Below are positions 12,142-24,910 of a DNA stretch of 64,000 nucleotides, one piece after another (position 1 is the first letter of the stretch; the number at the start of each line of letters is the position of its first letter). The notes under the pieces were generated by a model, which saw only the letters and a list, made by a program, of their open reading frames with translations, did no database searches and was not told the DNA's origin. Source of the DNA: Moniliella sp. 'wahieum' (lineage: Eukaryota); contig RSEE01000020.1 in assembly GCA_003971905.1 (NCBI GenBank), forward strand, positions 558,001 to 622,000, written 5' to 3'. A program made the position numbers and the translations under genes.

Positions 12142-13302
12142 ACCTGTTTCTCTCCCGCTTTGTCCTCTGTCCCCTATGACAGGGGGGCACAGGATACACG
12201 ATGCATGCTGAGCCTGACCCGTGCGGCCGGACCCGGTACATATTGCTCTTCCGGATGGGTGTGGGAAGGCATGCCGTGCCGAGGTACCGGGTACCGGTCA
12301 TGCGCGCTGCTTTGCGTAGATGGGGTCCTGTTGTGTTGCGCTAAGTCCCTGTCCCGAGGACGAGTGTCCAACTGGGCTTCGAGCCGTCTTTGGCATGGGT
12401 CCGAGACGCAATCGGATCTGTACATGCGCACAGCAAGGTGGGAGGAGGGGCATGCTATAGGCCAGTACATTTTTACCTCTCTTTCTGTTGTAGCTTGGAT
12501 GGTACCCCCATACCCCGGTACCACTGCAAGGTGGAAGGCGAAGCTGCAGTTGGCAACTGCAAGTTGACGATATGTTTTGCGCGCGAAGCTGGGAACCCGT
12601 GGGCGCGTACCACGGTCCCTTGGGCAGTGTATAGTAGGAAGGGCAGCCGGGGTGTTGGGATGCAAGGGCACGCGACGTAGTACTAAGTCTGCTCAAGCTC
12701 AGCTCTCAACCAACCCTCAACGTCTCAACGTTCAACCTGCTGCTTTGGATCGGCTCCCGTCCCCGAGGCACGTCCTTGCTAGTACCGAACGAGGCACTGT
12801 GCGGTAACTCACAAGGACGTGTGGAAGGGGGGTACTACTACCGCTATTTATAGCATCCAACAACTAACCTACCTACCAACCAAAGAGGCGGCACCGAAGC
12901 CCATTTTTCACAAGGGAGAAAAAGGATGACAGCATGTGCGCAACGTGCAATAGAGATGGATACAGTACAGACCGCATAGAGGCCGGGGCGGGGGAAGGGA
13001 GTGAGGAATGAGGAATGAGGAGTCAGGAGTCAGGAGTCAGGAGGGGGGAGGGAGGGGGAGGAGCGAAGAGTGGGAGAGGATTACCATACCGGTGTGGGCG
13101 AGGGTTGTGGTGCGAGAGGAGGTGGGGAAGGGGTAAGAGCCGAGCCAGAACGACGAATGTTCAATCCACCATCTGTGACCAAGCTGAGCACGCCAGGAGC
13201 TTGGTTGCTACCGCCTGGCAAGCCATTGACATCGAGCTGAGCGCACCAACGTTTCCCGCTGCAGCGGCGGAGGAAGCAAGCGGGTTATGAGCTAGGAGCG
13301 AG

Positions 13303-14391
13303 CTAGCCGCCGCCGCCGCCGACGCTGTCCCCGCCCCCGTACCGTACCCGTCGATCCTTGCAATACGAGAGCCCAGGTTGGGGCAGTCGACATTGACTTT
13401 GACATTGTTGACTGGATACTAAATGTGAAGGATAAGACAGCGACCTTAATTCTGAGGTTGACGAGAAGCGGGATGGTGTTGGCACGTTTGACCTTGTGGT
13501 CTTGCCAACGTCAACGCCAACGCCAACGCCAATGTCGGCGGCGGGAGAGTGACGTCGTTGCAAGTGGCTCGTCAAGCTGGACAAGTCAGACAGACCAGCC
13601 ACGTCCCATCCGCACCCGCGTGCAACATCTTGGAACACGACTGCATTCTTCAGTGGCTGGTTGGCCTGTACCAACGTCAGCTGCAGGCAACGCGATTGTC
13701 GTGTTGGCGTTGCTTGCTAGCGATCTTGATGTTGTCCTCCTTGGCGGTACCGAGCAAGTTGTCTCTCACATTCGCTTCGTAGATCGTGGCATTGATCGTC
13801 TTGACTGTCGCGCTGATCGAGTTGGGATTGGCAACGCCCGCGTAGACCGTCGTTGAGGAACAGTTTCTGGTTCGCAAACCCCAGTTGGGGATCGGCGTAG
13901 CCCGATACACCCACATTCGGAGGGCGGGCAAACTGTAGCAGTAGGGCAGTAGAGTAGTAGGGGAGGGCAGGGGGGGGGGAGTCAGGGGCCAAAAGGGGCC
14001 AAAAAGGCATGAGATGAGGACGCCGCCGGGGCAGGGTACGTACCATGACAGCCAGCAGAATGCCCGACACAACACCAATGATGCCAGCAGCACAAAGCAA
14101 AAGAGCGAGCCGAGGAGCTTGGCACAGCCATTGCGGTCTGCCAAGCGGGACTTGTCCTGGGCAGTCCAGATAGTTGTTGCCCGCGGTAAGCTCGGCCGGT
14201 GATCATGCCGTACGAGCTGCCTTGGCAGAATGGTAGCCGGAGCTGTACCTTCCTTCCTTGTCGGTGGGGTTGTCGGTGTAGGCGGGATAGCCGGCGGGGG
14301 TGAGGCTGGGCTCGTCGTAGGCGCCCTGAGCATAGTAGTCGTTGGTGGGGTACTGACCGTACGCATGGCCATAGGCAGCGTTGGTAGCCAT
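13303..14391 (-). CDS. Single-pass membrane protein with LEA_2-like beta-sandwich
   Basis: Tyr/Pro-rich N-terminus, SIWT motif, TM segment (LFCFVLL..IIGVVSGILLAVM), then |FARPPNV..VANPNSISATVKTINATIYE. Intron 13933-14043. 3' end approximate. Confidence 0.62.
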
Positions 14392-15342
14392 GGGGGGCTG
14401 TGGGGGGGGGGAAGAAGGTGTGGGAGGGGGGGAGCAGGCAGGCCCGAGCGGTGTGGGACCGAGGCGGGATGCGCTCAGACGGGGGCTGGGGCTGCAGCGG
14501 TGCGAGCGAGGTGGGGGTACGACTGGCTGCCCCGTGCCTGCGGGCCCCACACGCGGGCCCAGAGGCGCGGCGGCAGGGGGGCGCATATTCGATCAATGTC
14601 AATCGACAATCCCACTAAGTACTAAGTACTAAGTACTAATGCACCCGCTGGCCTGCGCGCTACTGCTGGCGCCCACGCCGAGCAACCCGCAGGCAGGGGG
14701 GCAGCCCCCGACTACCTGCCCAGATTCTACCGCACCCTGCCGTCCCCAGTCGCCTTGGCGCCCTGTACATTTCAAACCAGACGCACTGCCCCCCGCCTGC
14801 CTTTCCGCCGTCCTGCCTCCCCGATCCGCCCAGAGTAGGCCTAGCCCGCCTAAGGCCTAACCGGTAACCTTTAACCCCTCACTCTCTCTCGCCGATCTGC
14901 CTCTCGCTCCGGGGTGCGTCACCCCGTCACCCTTCCCAACCCACTGGCTCCCTGCGCCTCTGTCGTGAGGCTGACGGAGCGTCGCCCATGCCCGGTACTC
15001 CACCAACATACTTATGCTCCTCTCCCGGGTTTAGGCTGAGGTCCTGAGGATTGAGGCTCAGCGCTCAACTTGAGCGTTCAACAGCGCTCCGACGTCAGGA
15101 GAGGACACAACTGGACAGCTGGACAGAGGGCGCGCTACAGTGTACTCCCTCAGGCGGCGTTGCTTTGATGCCGTCATGCAAGCATGCATCATGGTGGGCT
15201 CTGGCTCTGAAGAGTGACGATGGAAGATGCAAGAGTAGGTGGGACGTTGTGCCCTATATATGTGGATCCCATACCACTGCAGGCCAGCTCCATGCATCAT
15301 GGAGACAGATCGATGCATAGATGCAAGGAGGCAAGGATGATC

Positions 15343-15450
15343 CATGGTCAATGGTCAATGGTCAATGGTCAATGATCAATGGTCAATAGATGACATGTGA
15401 CAATGGTCCCGGTCAATGGTCAATAGATGTGAATGGTAAAAGGTCAATGG
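15343..15450. repeat. (ATGGTCA)n heptamer repeat with degenerate copies
   Basis: Four perfect tandem units, then degenerate units. Confidence 0.85.
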
Positions 15451-15783
15451 CCCGTGATATGCACGAGGATGAGAAAACAACACTGTACGGCACCCGTACG
15501 TCCCTAGGCAGGCAGCACGATGCAAGCCAAGAAAGGTCTGGGAGCAGCGGGGGGGGGCAGGGCAAGGCAGAAGGGGGTTCAAGCTTCACGTTAGATGGGG
15601 CATGAATGAGATCTGAGATCTGAGAGGCGGCGGGTAGCAGGTAAAAGTACAAGATGCGGCACATATACCGGAGGTGGGAAGGCACAAAGACACAAATGCA
15701 CAAAAGTGATAAAGGCACAAAGTGACAAAGGGGAAAAGGGACAAAGGGGCAGGGGGGGGAAGGAAGAGGTGGGCGGGGGGCAA

Positions 15784-17738
15784 TCATGGACAAGGTGTAC
15801 AGGAGCAACCGAGCGGGCAAGCCGGGGGGAAGACAAGAGACAAGAGGGGGAGAAAGAGACAGGTATGATCCGCGCGACTACTGGTCAGGCGCAGGATGGA
15901 GAGGGGCACAGCCGAGGCAGGAGCCGGTGCCGAAGGCGCGGCCCACGAAGGGCGTGGGTAATGTGGGTGGGGCTGTGCAAGGGGTGCGGTGGACGGGGCG
16001 GGGGTTGGACCGACGGTACTGGGTGGGTGGGGATGACGACGGAAGAGTGGGTTCTTGGAAAAACTCAGACGAAGACCAGGAGGTTTGACCCGTCCGTCGA
16101 GCATATGACCATTGAGCGTTTGTCGTGCGTTCGAAGCGGCTGAGACCGAGTCAAACTCAACAAAACATACGGGGCCTCCTCCACTCCCGCCTCCCGAACT
16201 GGCAGTAGGCGAGGCAGATTCAAGAAGAGCATCCTCTTTCTCTCCTTCTCCCGACTTGGCCGAGGACATTACACGGAATGCCATCGCACGGTACCCAGTT
16301 GCGAAGCAATAGCGCCCGCAGCGCCTCTTCCAATTTCTTCGCGTTGGCTTCCCCGCCTGCCGCCGCGGAATTGGGCAAGTTGCCTACAAACAATGTTGTC
16401 CCAGGGGGATTATGGTCCCCAATCCCCACAGGGCCGGTGAACGTGGACGAAGGGCGGCTTGGGATTGGGACGGGAACTGGACCAGGACCGGTCAGGGGGA
16501 CACTGGGGTTCACCCCCAGCCCCAACCCGGAATGGGGCAGTGCAGGCGGGATGAAGGGATCCGGACTGGAGGCACCGCGGTGACCGGGACCGGGGTTACG
16601 ATGGGAGGGGAGAAGCGCGTAACGTGCTTGGGGCAGGGGGCAAGCGACCGGAGGGGCCTGATACGGACCATCGCCCCCCCGTCGATAAAGGGACAGGGGG
16701 GGCAGGGGTGCCACCCAGCATAGGCCAATCAGGAAGAGGGGGACATCCCGCATCACTCTGGTCCATTCGGAGGCGCAGATGGTACCCATTCCTCGCCCCA
16801 TACTGGTGGTGGTGGTGGACCGCATCGTACGACGCCACCTACGCCTGGGTCAAAGGCCAAATCTTCTTCTGTTTCGTCCCAGTCGGTCGACGAGCCTGGG
16901 GTGAAACGCGGTGCACTTTCCAGAGCCGCGCCGATTGACGGTGGCGCATCCGAGGGGAACGATGATAATCCCGGGGAGACCTGCACCACTGGAACCACCC
17001 AGGCCCATGCCAGGACTGAGAGGCAAAGGAGGGGGGGACAGATACCGTTCCTCGTCTTCGTAGCGTGAAGCAGTGGGGGAAAGGCACGTAGGCCTCGAGG
17101 TGGCAAAAGGGGCAGGAGGGGCGGGAGATGAGGCGCCGCAGAGGGTGGGGGCCGAAGCGGCTTGGTGTGGTTTTCTTGGCCATCTCCGTCTTGAGCACCG
17201 CGCCGCGGTCGGGATCAACTTTGGCGTCCATGCAGGCTTCGCGCGCAGAAAGGGCGTCGGCGCGAGTGCGAAAGCGGGCAAATCCAATGGTCTGCTTGAG
17301 CTTGGCTGGTGGATTGGACACAGCAGCGTGGGAAGGCGGGTGGGGCTTGAGGGTAGCCGCCTCAATCCAGGGGCAAAGGAAGAGGTTGTGGAACTCGCGA
17401 TCGTCATGTCATCGGGAATCCAACGATGAAGACGGTGGTGATGTCTTCGTGGGATAGACGGGAGGAGGTGAGGCGGCATGGCCTGTTCCGGCACGGCCAC
17501 CCGTTCTGGGCTGGGCTCGGTAGGAGGCGGGAGGAGAGGAGGCTGTCGCGCCAGGCCCAGCGCTCGGCGGTGGCGGGAGCGGGAGCGGGGCGGGGGCGGA
17601 GGCGGGAGCGGAAGCCGGAGTGGGAGCCGGCGCGGGAGTCGGATTTGGAGCTGGATCGGGAGCGGAAGCGGGTGCGGAAGCGGTGCGGGAGAGCGGCCGA
17701 ATGCTGGCCGACGGAGCAGGACGCATCCTATCGGCCAT
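15784..17738 (-). CDS. Whi3/Scw1-like two-RRM RNA-binding protein
   Basis: RRM1: EDITTVFIVGFPDDM..QTIGFARFRTRADAL..VDPDRGAVLKTEMAKK. RRM2: DHNPPGTTLFVGNLP..GPVCFVEF..GLRLSFSKNPL. Frameshifted; stop approximate. Confidence 0.85.
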
Positions 17739-17756
17739 GGTGGCGAGGGCGAGGGC

Positions 17757-17866
17757 GACGGCGGCGGCGGAGGCGGAGGCGGCGGAGGCGGAGGCGGAGG
17801 CGGCGGAGGCGGAGGCGGAGGCGGCGGAGGCGGAGGCGGCGAGGCGGAGGCGGCGGAGGCGGAGGG
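17757..17866. repeat. GGC/GGCGGA microsatellite
   Basis: About 110 bp of gcg/gag units just upstream of the Whi3-like ATG. Confidence 0.9.
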
Positions 17867-18181
17867 ATGGTGGGGCTGCGCGTCGCGTGCGGCAGCTTAG
17901 ACAGCATACTTGGCCCAGCACTGCCCGCCGGCTCCTGCGTTGCGCGCATGCCACACTCGCCGAGTGCCGCGGGGCCGGGGCGCGTGGGCGCGGCCGCGCG
18001 CCTGTGTGCTGCCCATCACGCCGCCGTCACACCGCGCCAGTGTGGGTGCGTTGGCGCTGCGCTGCCGGCCGCAGACGGGCGCTGGGGGAGCGTGCTGACG
18101 TAAAACGCCGCGCGGGGGTGGTGTGTGTGTGCGGGTGCGGTGGTGCGGCGGGTGCGGCGTGCTGCGTGGCAATGCAATGCA

Positions 18182-20643
18182 ATGTCAGCCCCTCTTGAAA
18201 TGTTCACTGCGGCGGCGCGCGGCCCGAGCAAAGCGCCGGCGCTGCTTCGCCCCCGCGGCACCAAACACCACCCCATGGCGCTCGTGCCCGACCGCACGCT
18301 TCCGCGGTGCGTCCGCCCCAGCCGAGGCCTCCTATTCCACCGCTTCCGCACCCGGTGCCGGTGGTGCCCGTGGCAGCGGTGGCCGTGGAGCCGGTGTGTG
18401 TGGCGGCGGCGGCGGCGGTAGTGGTCGGGTGCTGCCGCTGGTGTCGGTGTCAGCTCCCCAGCCCCCGCTGTCGCCCCGCCCGCCAACGTCACCATCCGCG
18501 TCCTGGGGATCGAGCGTGCCCGCGCTCAGCTCGCGTTCCGCCTCACCGCAAGCACCAACCTTGGCGCTTACCGTCTCTCCACATATCGCCCTTTGTCCGC
18601 TCCTACCGTGAACTGGCCCTTCTTGCCTTTGCCCTGACTCTGCGCCATTCCGAAACGATCGTGCACGCGCTCCCTGTGCCTTTCCCTGCCCTTGTTCCCG
18701 CCGCCACATCCGATGACGCCGACACGTCCGCACCTCCTTCCTCGCCTGACGCTGCGTTGGCCATCGCCCAGCAGGACATATTTCTAGTTCAGCTCTCCAA
18801 GTGGCTTCAGCGCACCTGCTCCGACCCTTGCCTCGTGCGCGACGCTGAGCTGCGCCGATTCGTCGAGGCCGAGTACAGCTACTCGCCACATCCGCCCGAC
18901 TCAGCGGCGCCTGCTGCGCTGCGCAAACGTTCACTGCTGGTATGGCCGCTCTCGCCCACGTCGGCTCGGTCCATCACCCCGTCGACATTGGTGGCAGCGG
19001 CGGCGGATCGACGCTGGGGCTTCCACCTGCTGCCGGTCCCGCTCCCACGGGCGCTGCGGCCACGGCCAAATCTTGGGCAGGGACATTCTTTTCCTTGGCT
19101 CGGGCCGAACCGCCTCCGTCGAGTGGTGCGCTGACCACTGCCCGCGCTGTGCACGATCAAGATTCGGCGCTTGTTTTCCGCACGGGAAGAGGTGACTCGG
19201 CTCGAGTTGCAGTATGCCCAGGCGGCAGGGGCAGGGGAGCGTGCGCGTCAAGCTGGCGCAGCGTCGCGTGCCGCGCTCATGGCGCTTGCCCAGGCGCTGG
19301 AGGAGTGGGCAGCAGCAGCAGAACAGTTACGTCCGGTGGCTGTGGCCTATGGCGCGCCGCATGCCCTGGAGCGTGTGTCGCACAAGCTCCGACTGGTCGC
19401 TGGGGCGGATGCATACTGCGCCGCTCGGTCGGCGTTGACGTTGGGTGATATGCTTGCTTTCCAGTCGCTCAATGCCCGTGCGGCCAAAGAAGCGTTGCTG
19501 GCGCGAGCAACGATTGTTGAACATCATTGGTCCGCGGCGCAGGTAGCAGCCCAACGCAAAACGGTGGCCGAGGCCGCACGAGCTTACGATGCGGAACGCG
19601 CAGAGAATGCGGGGGGCCTATGTGACGCTGCGCTTCCGCCGTTCGTTGGGCGCGACACTGGCAGCCACGTCCCAGGGCTTGCGTACCTCGCTTCGAGCTC
19701 ATTCACGTGCAGCTCATGCCGACCTGGTGATGCTTTGTCCGCGCATGCGTCCGAAGGTGTGCGGGCTGCCAAGAGCCAACTTAGCCAGCTCCAAGCCCTT
19801 CTTCCACTGTTGAACTCCGAGTTGCCCAATCCCGTGCCCATCGAGAGTGTGCCTGCTGCGTCTTTGGCTCCCACCGCAGAGCCGGTGCCTTCCAACGGCG
19901 TGACTGTGGCCCCCGTTGTATCGGACGCGACAGGAGCACAGCGCAGACCATATCCGCAGACCAAATTGAGTCTGTACCTCCTTCCCAAGCGGTCCTTCCG
20001 CCGCATCATCTTCCGTGGTCTCGCCCGTTCCAGCCCCACCTTCGCCCAATCGTGGTCCGTACCAAGGCACGTCGAGTGTCTATAGCCACCAACCACACTC
20101 CCTTTACGCGGATGGATCCAGCGGCACCGGCTCCTGTCCATACCTCTACTCCCTCCAGCCCGTCTCATGGCCGTCCACCACCATCGGCGCGTCGGCCTGG
20201 ACAAGGCTGGGGCACGCACTCCCCGTCCTCGCATCGTCCCACCGTGCCTGCCCAGCTGAATCGTCAGCTTTGGGAATGCGCGGTTTGCGTCGGGATCGTT
20301 TGGAGCGGCGGCGCGAGCGCGTGCTGCAGCGGCACAAGGGCATGGGGGAAGTTTGGTTCCAAGGCGCGTGTCGTGTCGAGCAACTCGACCCACACGACCC
20401 ACTCGGCCGACGCGGTGCAACAAGCTGCGGCGGGGTGGGCTTGGCGGCCTCGGTACCGTCGTTACCGCCCAGTCACCTGTCTGCCCCACCGCCGGTTCTG
20501 GGTCTGACTTGACAGCTTCCGTGACACTCCTGTGGCGCAGGAGGGCACGCTGCGGCCCCCGTTGGATCGGCGAGTTCCTCCTTGGTTCACGTTCTCGTTT
20601 GTCGGCCCGGGACGCGGCGCGCTCCCTTGCAGGGGGGTTCTAG
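18182..20643 (+). CDS. VPS17: Vps17-like PX-BAR sorting nexin (retromer)
   Basis: PX-like VRSYRELALL..IVHALP..LSKWLQRTCSDPCLVRDAELRRFVEAEYSY. BAR-like LTLGDMLAFQSLNARAAKEALLAR. C-terminus LSARDAARSLAGGF*. Many frameshifts. Confidence 0.72.
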
Positions 20644-21198
20644 GACAAGTGACGGAGACTTTGCTCTACAGATGAATAGATTGGCTTGCTCTCAGTGCTG
20701 ACAAGAGCAGGCGAGGAGAGCGATGTGATCTATAGATGGAGCAGAGGGAAGGAACGGATGGGTGGTAGATCCTAACGCACCATATGCAAACACTGGCGAT
20801 TTTTGTGTACCTCACGCGACTATGGACGTATCTCCCCCTGCCCAGTGGCCCCATCGTCTGACAGCCAGCTGAGGCCGGGGTGCGGCATCCACAGCACTGG
20901 CAAAGACGACTACTCGATACATTCTTCCAAAACGCGAAAGAACAAATCAGCACAAATGAAAGGTGCTGCCCTATAGCCGAGAGCGTAGGGGTGCGCAAGC
21001 GTTGGAAAAGAAGAATACTTAAGGGCGCAACAGGATCGGAAGGGGAGAGACAAGGGCTCTATCCCTGACAAAAAAAGAAAGATCAGAGTAGCAACCGTCG
21101 TTGCACGATGGCAAACGAGTGGGCAGATATAGACGGACGGAAAAAGAAGCGCTAAACGAGAAGAGGCGGAAGCAAGGAGGGACGCTGCTTACTGGCCG

Positions 21199-21679
21199 TC
21201 AGCTGGCCAAGGCCCTCGAGGGTATCAACCACTTGCACACCTGGCCCAAGATGGCGGTAATGTTGTCGAGTGCGCCTTGGTGTCGGAGGAAGAGAGGGAC
21301 TTGGAACCAACATGTGAGAGGCAAGGCTATCGGCGCTCTTGCTCGCGCCACCCAGGACCGAGGAGATCTGGCCCGAGTGGGCCTCGGTCCAATCGTACAC
21401 CTTGCACATTCCTCTAGGGCCTGCAGAATCTCAGACGCGTCCTGGCGAGCCACCAGGGTGGTGTCCATCCGAGCAGGGCCACTGCGGCGCACCATAGCGT
21501 GCGCCGTGGGAGCAGGAGAGGCAGCTGGGACGAGCAAAGACGGAGCAGAGTTTTGAGGTTAATCGCTCTGATCCGAACGGGCTACCACGGTGAACAAGGG
21601 GAAGAGGGGGGGAATACACACCCAGAGCGACTTGGGCGCCAACGGCAAAGAGGGCGGTAAGAGCAAGACTGAACTTCAT
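21199..21679 (-). CDS. Small secreted protein (signal peptide, propeptide, helical mature part)
   Basis: MKFSLALTALFAVGAQVALG signal peptide, then VRR / VARQD processing-like sites. Probably one intron and frameshifts. Confidence 0.6.
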
Positions 21680-21900
21680 CGTGCAAAAGTTGGGGGAGAG
21701 CAAGGGAATGAGGCGGGTCAAGAGAGTAATGCGCGAGATGAAGCAGGGATGGGGGTGGGGGACGCGAGTATGCGAATAGGCACAGTCGAACTTGACAGGT
21801 TTTAAGGATGCACGAGGAACATGGGCACCTCAAGTCTCACCCCCCGCCCATGTAATGTTAGCATCCTCGCAGCATATAGGGGGAGGGCGCCACATCAAGG

Positions 21901-21962
21901 TGTGACGCGTGACGCGCGCGTAAGGCTTGAAGCGTGACGCGTGACGCTTGAAGCTTGAAGCT
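21901..21962. promoter_or_regulatory. Cluster of TGACGCGTGAC and (GCTTGAA)n motifs upstream of the secreted-protein gene
   Basis: Two GTGACGCGTGACGC blocks (ACGCGT cores) interleaved with GCTTGAAG units. The same motifs recur in other upstream regions. Confidence 0.4.
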
Positions 21963-24051
21963 GATTGTCCGCCAACGCCTCAAGCTCGTCAAGCTGTTGC
22001 ACGTGCTTGAAACGCCAAGCGAGCCTCGAGCAGCGCCACAAGCCATTCAGCCACAGGCTCTTGAGAGAAGCCGTTGATTCGATTACGCCTTCTAAATTCT
22101 ATCTTGCTTGGATCGATTCGACTCAAGATTACTACATCGTCACGCGTCACGCGTCATTCGCGTCACCGGCCCCACGGGTTAAAAGGCACTTGCGCCTCTT
22201 GGCGCCTCTATCGACGCGTGTCTCGCCGAACGCCAGCTCACATGTCACATCTCCACTGTCCGTTTCCCGCCACATCCCCCCTGCCTCTGGCTCGCTTGTG
22301 GCGATCTACTTGTCAATGTGTACGGGGAAGCTGGCTGCGCTGGCGCTGACGAAAATGATTGATCTGCCTCCGAGAAAAGAAAAGACGTTCCTGCCATCCA
22401 TGATCGACATGATCATGATCAGCATGTCCGTCAGCGCTCAGCGTGTCTCTCCAAGCTCCAAGCTCCGCCAGGCTCCACACCAGCATGCCACGCCCTTCAA
22501 TTTTTTACGCTTGACGCGTTGACGTGTCATTAACATTCCGCTCCTGGACTGGAAAAAATCCCATTCCGCCACCCTGCTCCAACGAAGCCAGCCGGCTACC
22601 TCAAAACTTCCCAAACGTCCCAGCTTCCCGCCATCTTCGTCTTTTGCTCGATGCCCCCCTGCCCAGGCTACCGCGGGGGCCCATTCTCTTGCTCGCTGAG
22701 TGTACCGAGGCGTTCTGAGAGGAGCTTGTTGTGCCAACTGCTTCAAGCTGCTGCCTATCCAGCCGAGGAGATGCCAGCGTGTATGAAAACCGAGTTGGAC
22801 AAGTGAGTCATGCCATGCCGGGCACCCTTCAAGCAAGTGAACCGCGGCTACCGCTACGGCATCCTATTTGGCTGTGAGCAATCGTACGGCGATTGGAAAT
22901 GTTGCCCCTCGTTCAAACCCTTTGATGTCAACCAACGCTACTCTGTCTGGATTGACGAACAGCACACCAAGTTATGGAAAAGCTCTCGCTAGGATCCTCG
23001 GAGGATGTCTGGGAGTCTCACTCTGGGCCTTGGTCGACCCTGGCAACCTGCCCGGATCGAAACGGAACTTCTGGAAGAAACAGAATACCCACCTTGCGTA
23101 CGTTTGGTGTCTCCCTCCTTTCCCCCCCATCATGATGAAGACACAGATAATCCATTCCCCGATCGAGGGGGAGCTGCGCGGAGGAGATGGGCCCTGTGGC
23201 CCATATCGGTACGCACCGCAATCACTTGGTGTGCCAGGGGGACGCAGTATGCCTGGACGCAGGCACGGCTCCTTGCTCTGCTTGCTCTTCTGGGGGCCAG
23301 CTGAGCGGGTGTGAGCCACCAAAGTCCATCTGGTGCTGTGGTACCCTGGCCAGACCAGTGAGTGCGGCATGCAGTTCCTCGCTTGTGTGACGCGACCATC
23401 TTTTCTGATTTTCTCACTCGCATTCCGCTGGTAGTGATCAAGGACTGACTAGTGTTTTCACTGTGCAGGTTTCTATGCATTAACCCGATACCTGGTCCCC
23501 CCACCGCTCGCTTGGGAGGGGAATGTTGCAGCATACCTTTTGTATTTTTATTGTAACCTGTTATCCATTACAAAGAATTGTTTCTCGCGTGGTAGAGCGA
23601 ATGGAGTGGTGGGGTGCATGGGATGTGCCAAACGCCACTATACATGCTGGCAGTTAGGGGAGGCACTAACGGTAACATTGTCCGTCGTAAGTCGCACTCA
23701 TCTGCGACACTACCGAGGACGCCTGTGATGTTGCCTTGGTCTATATATGTGGGCGCAGGTGCCATTGAACGGTCATGATGGCGGAGGGTAGTATGCATCT
23801 TTTGCAGTGCGCGTCATGTCCGTTGCCATGCCTAGCGCGATTGATCTAGATAATGCTACATCGCGATGTGCTCTTGGGGCCACTGATGTGCTCTGACCTC
23901 ACTGTTTTTTATTTCTTGTTGCAGCAGAGCAACGATCTACCCCCAAAAAAAGAAATGAAAAAGGAAAAGGAAATAAAATCTGGCGGGCGAGCTACCGCGT
24001 AGCAGCCGTTTCGTTCGACTCGGCGACCACCGCAACCTCTTCCAACGCTCC

Positions 24052-24564
24052 ATGGCCGCCCTCCCCCCCCCCACCGCCCCATCGGGTGGCGTAAGTGCCA
24101 TCCTGCCGCTTGAGATGATCGACAAGTGCATCGGCTTCTCCATCTGGGTGGTGATGCGCACCAACCGCGAGTTTGTCGGCACCCTGTTGGGGTTTGACGA
24201 CTATGTCAGTACGTTGTCCTTCCTTCGTTTGTTGTGTTGTCGTTTGCGCTTGGCGATTGACCTGCGTGCCCCCATCTGCCTTTCATTCAGACATGGTACT
24301 GGATGATGTTACGGAATTGTACGTTTCTTTCCATCCCCCTCTCCCTTCCATGCTGACCTTGTCCTATGTACTGCGATGCTCTCCGACAGCGAGACTACGC
24401 CGACAGGAATCAAGAAGACCAAGTTGGGGCAAACGCTCATCAATGGCAACAACATCACCATGGTGTGTACTCCTTCACTCATATGAGGAAGTATGGCAGT
24501 TCGAACTAACTCCACCGCTTGTGCCCCCTAGCTCGTTCCTGGTGGTGAAGGTCCCGAGGCATAA
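24052..24564 (+). CDS. LSM5: U6 snRNA-associated Sm-like protein LSm5
   Basis: ILPLEMIDKCIG..IWVVM..EFVGTLLGFDDYV|NMVLDDVTE|..LINGNNITM|LVPGGEGPEA*. Introns 24209-24290, 24319-24389 and 24463-24531. Confidence 0.95.
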
Positions 24565-24910
24565 CCACGCTGTTAGCCTTCCTTGGCCATTGGCACCCAA
24601 ACAGGTGTACGTTCTTTGTCCTGGCCCTTTCCTCGGGCGCGGCTGCCATTGGTTTGCGTATGGGTCGAGCTACTGCGGAGGATATACATTTGGGCGAGCC
24701 CAGGCAAGAACGACCAATGCAATAGGGTCGAAAAGGGAATGAAACAGATACAGGGTACAAGCACGAGAGAAAGCAGGGAAGTGAACAGGGTGCGAAGGAA
24801 GGACATCAAAGCATACCGATTCGATGGAAAGGAGTGAGGGGACGAGAGATCATCGATTCCCCATCATCTATGAAGAAAGGAGGGAATGTATACATTGTTC
24901 TTGGGGTAGA

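Noticed and set aside
17426..18198. Poly-Arg, poly-Gly and (AEAE)n ORFs
   Set aside because: Translations of the GGC/GGA microsatellite.
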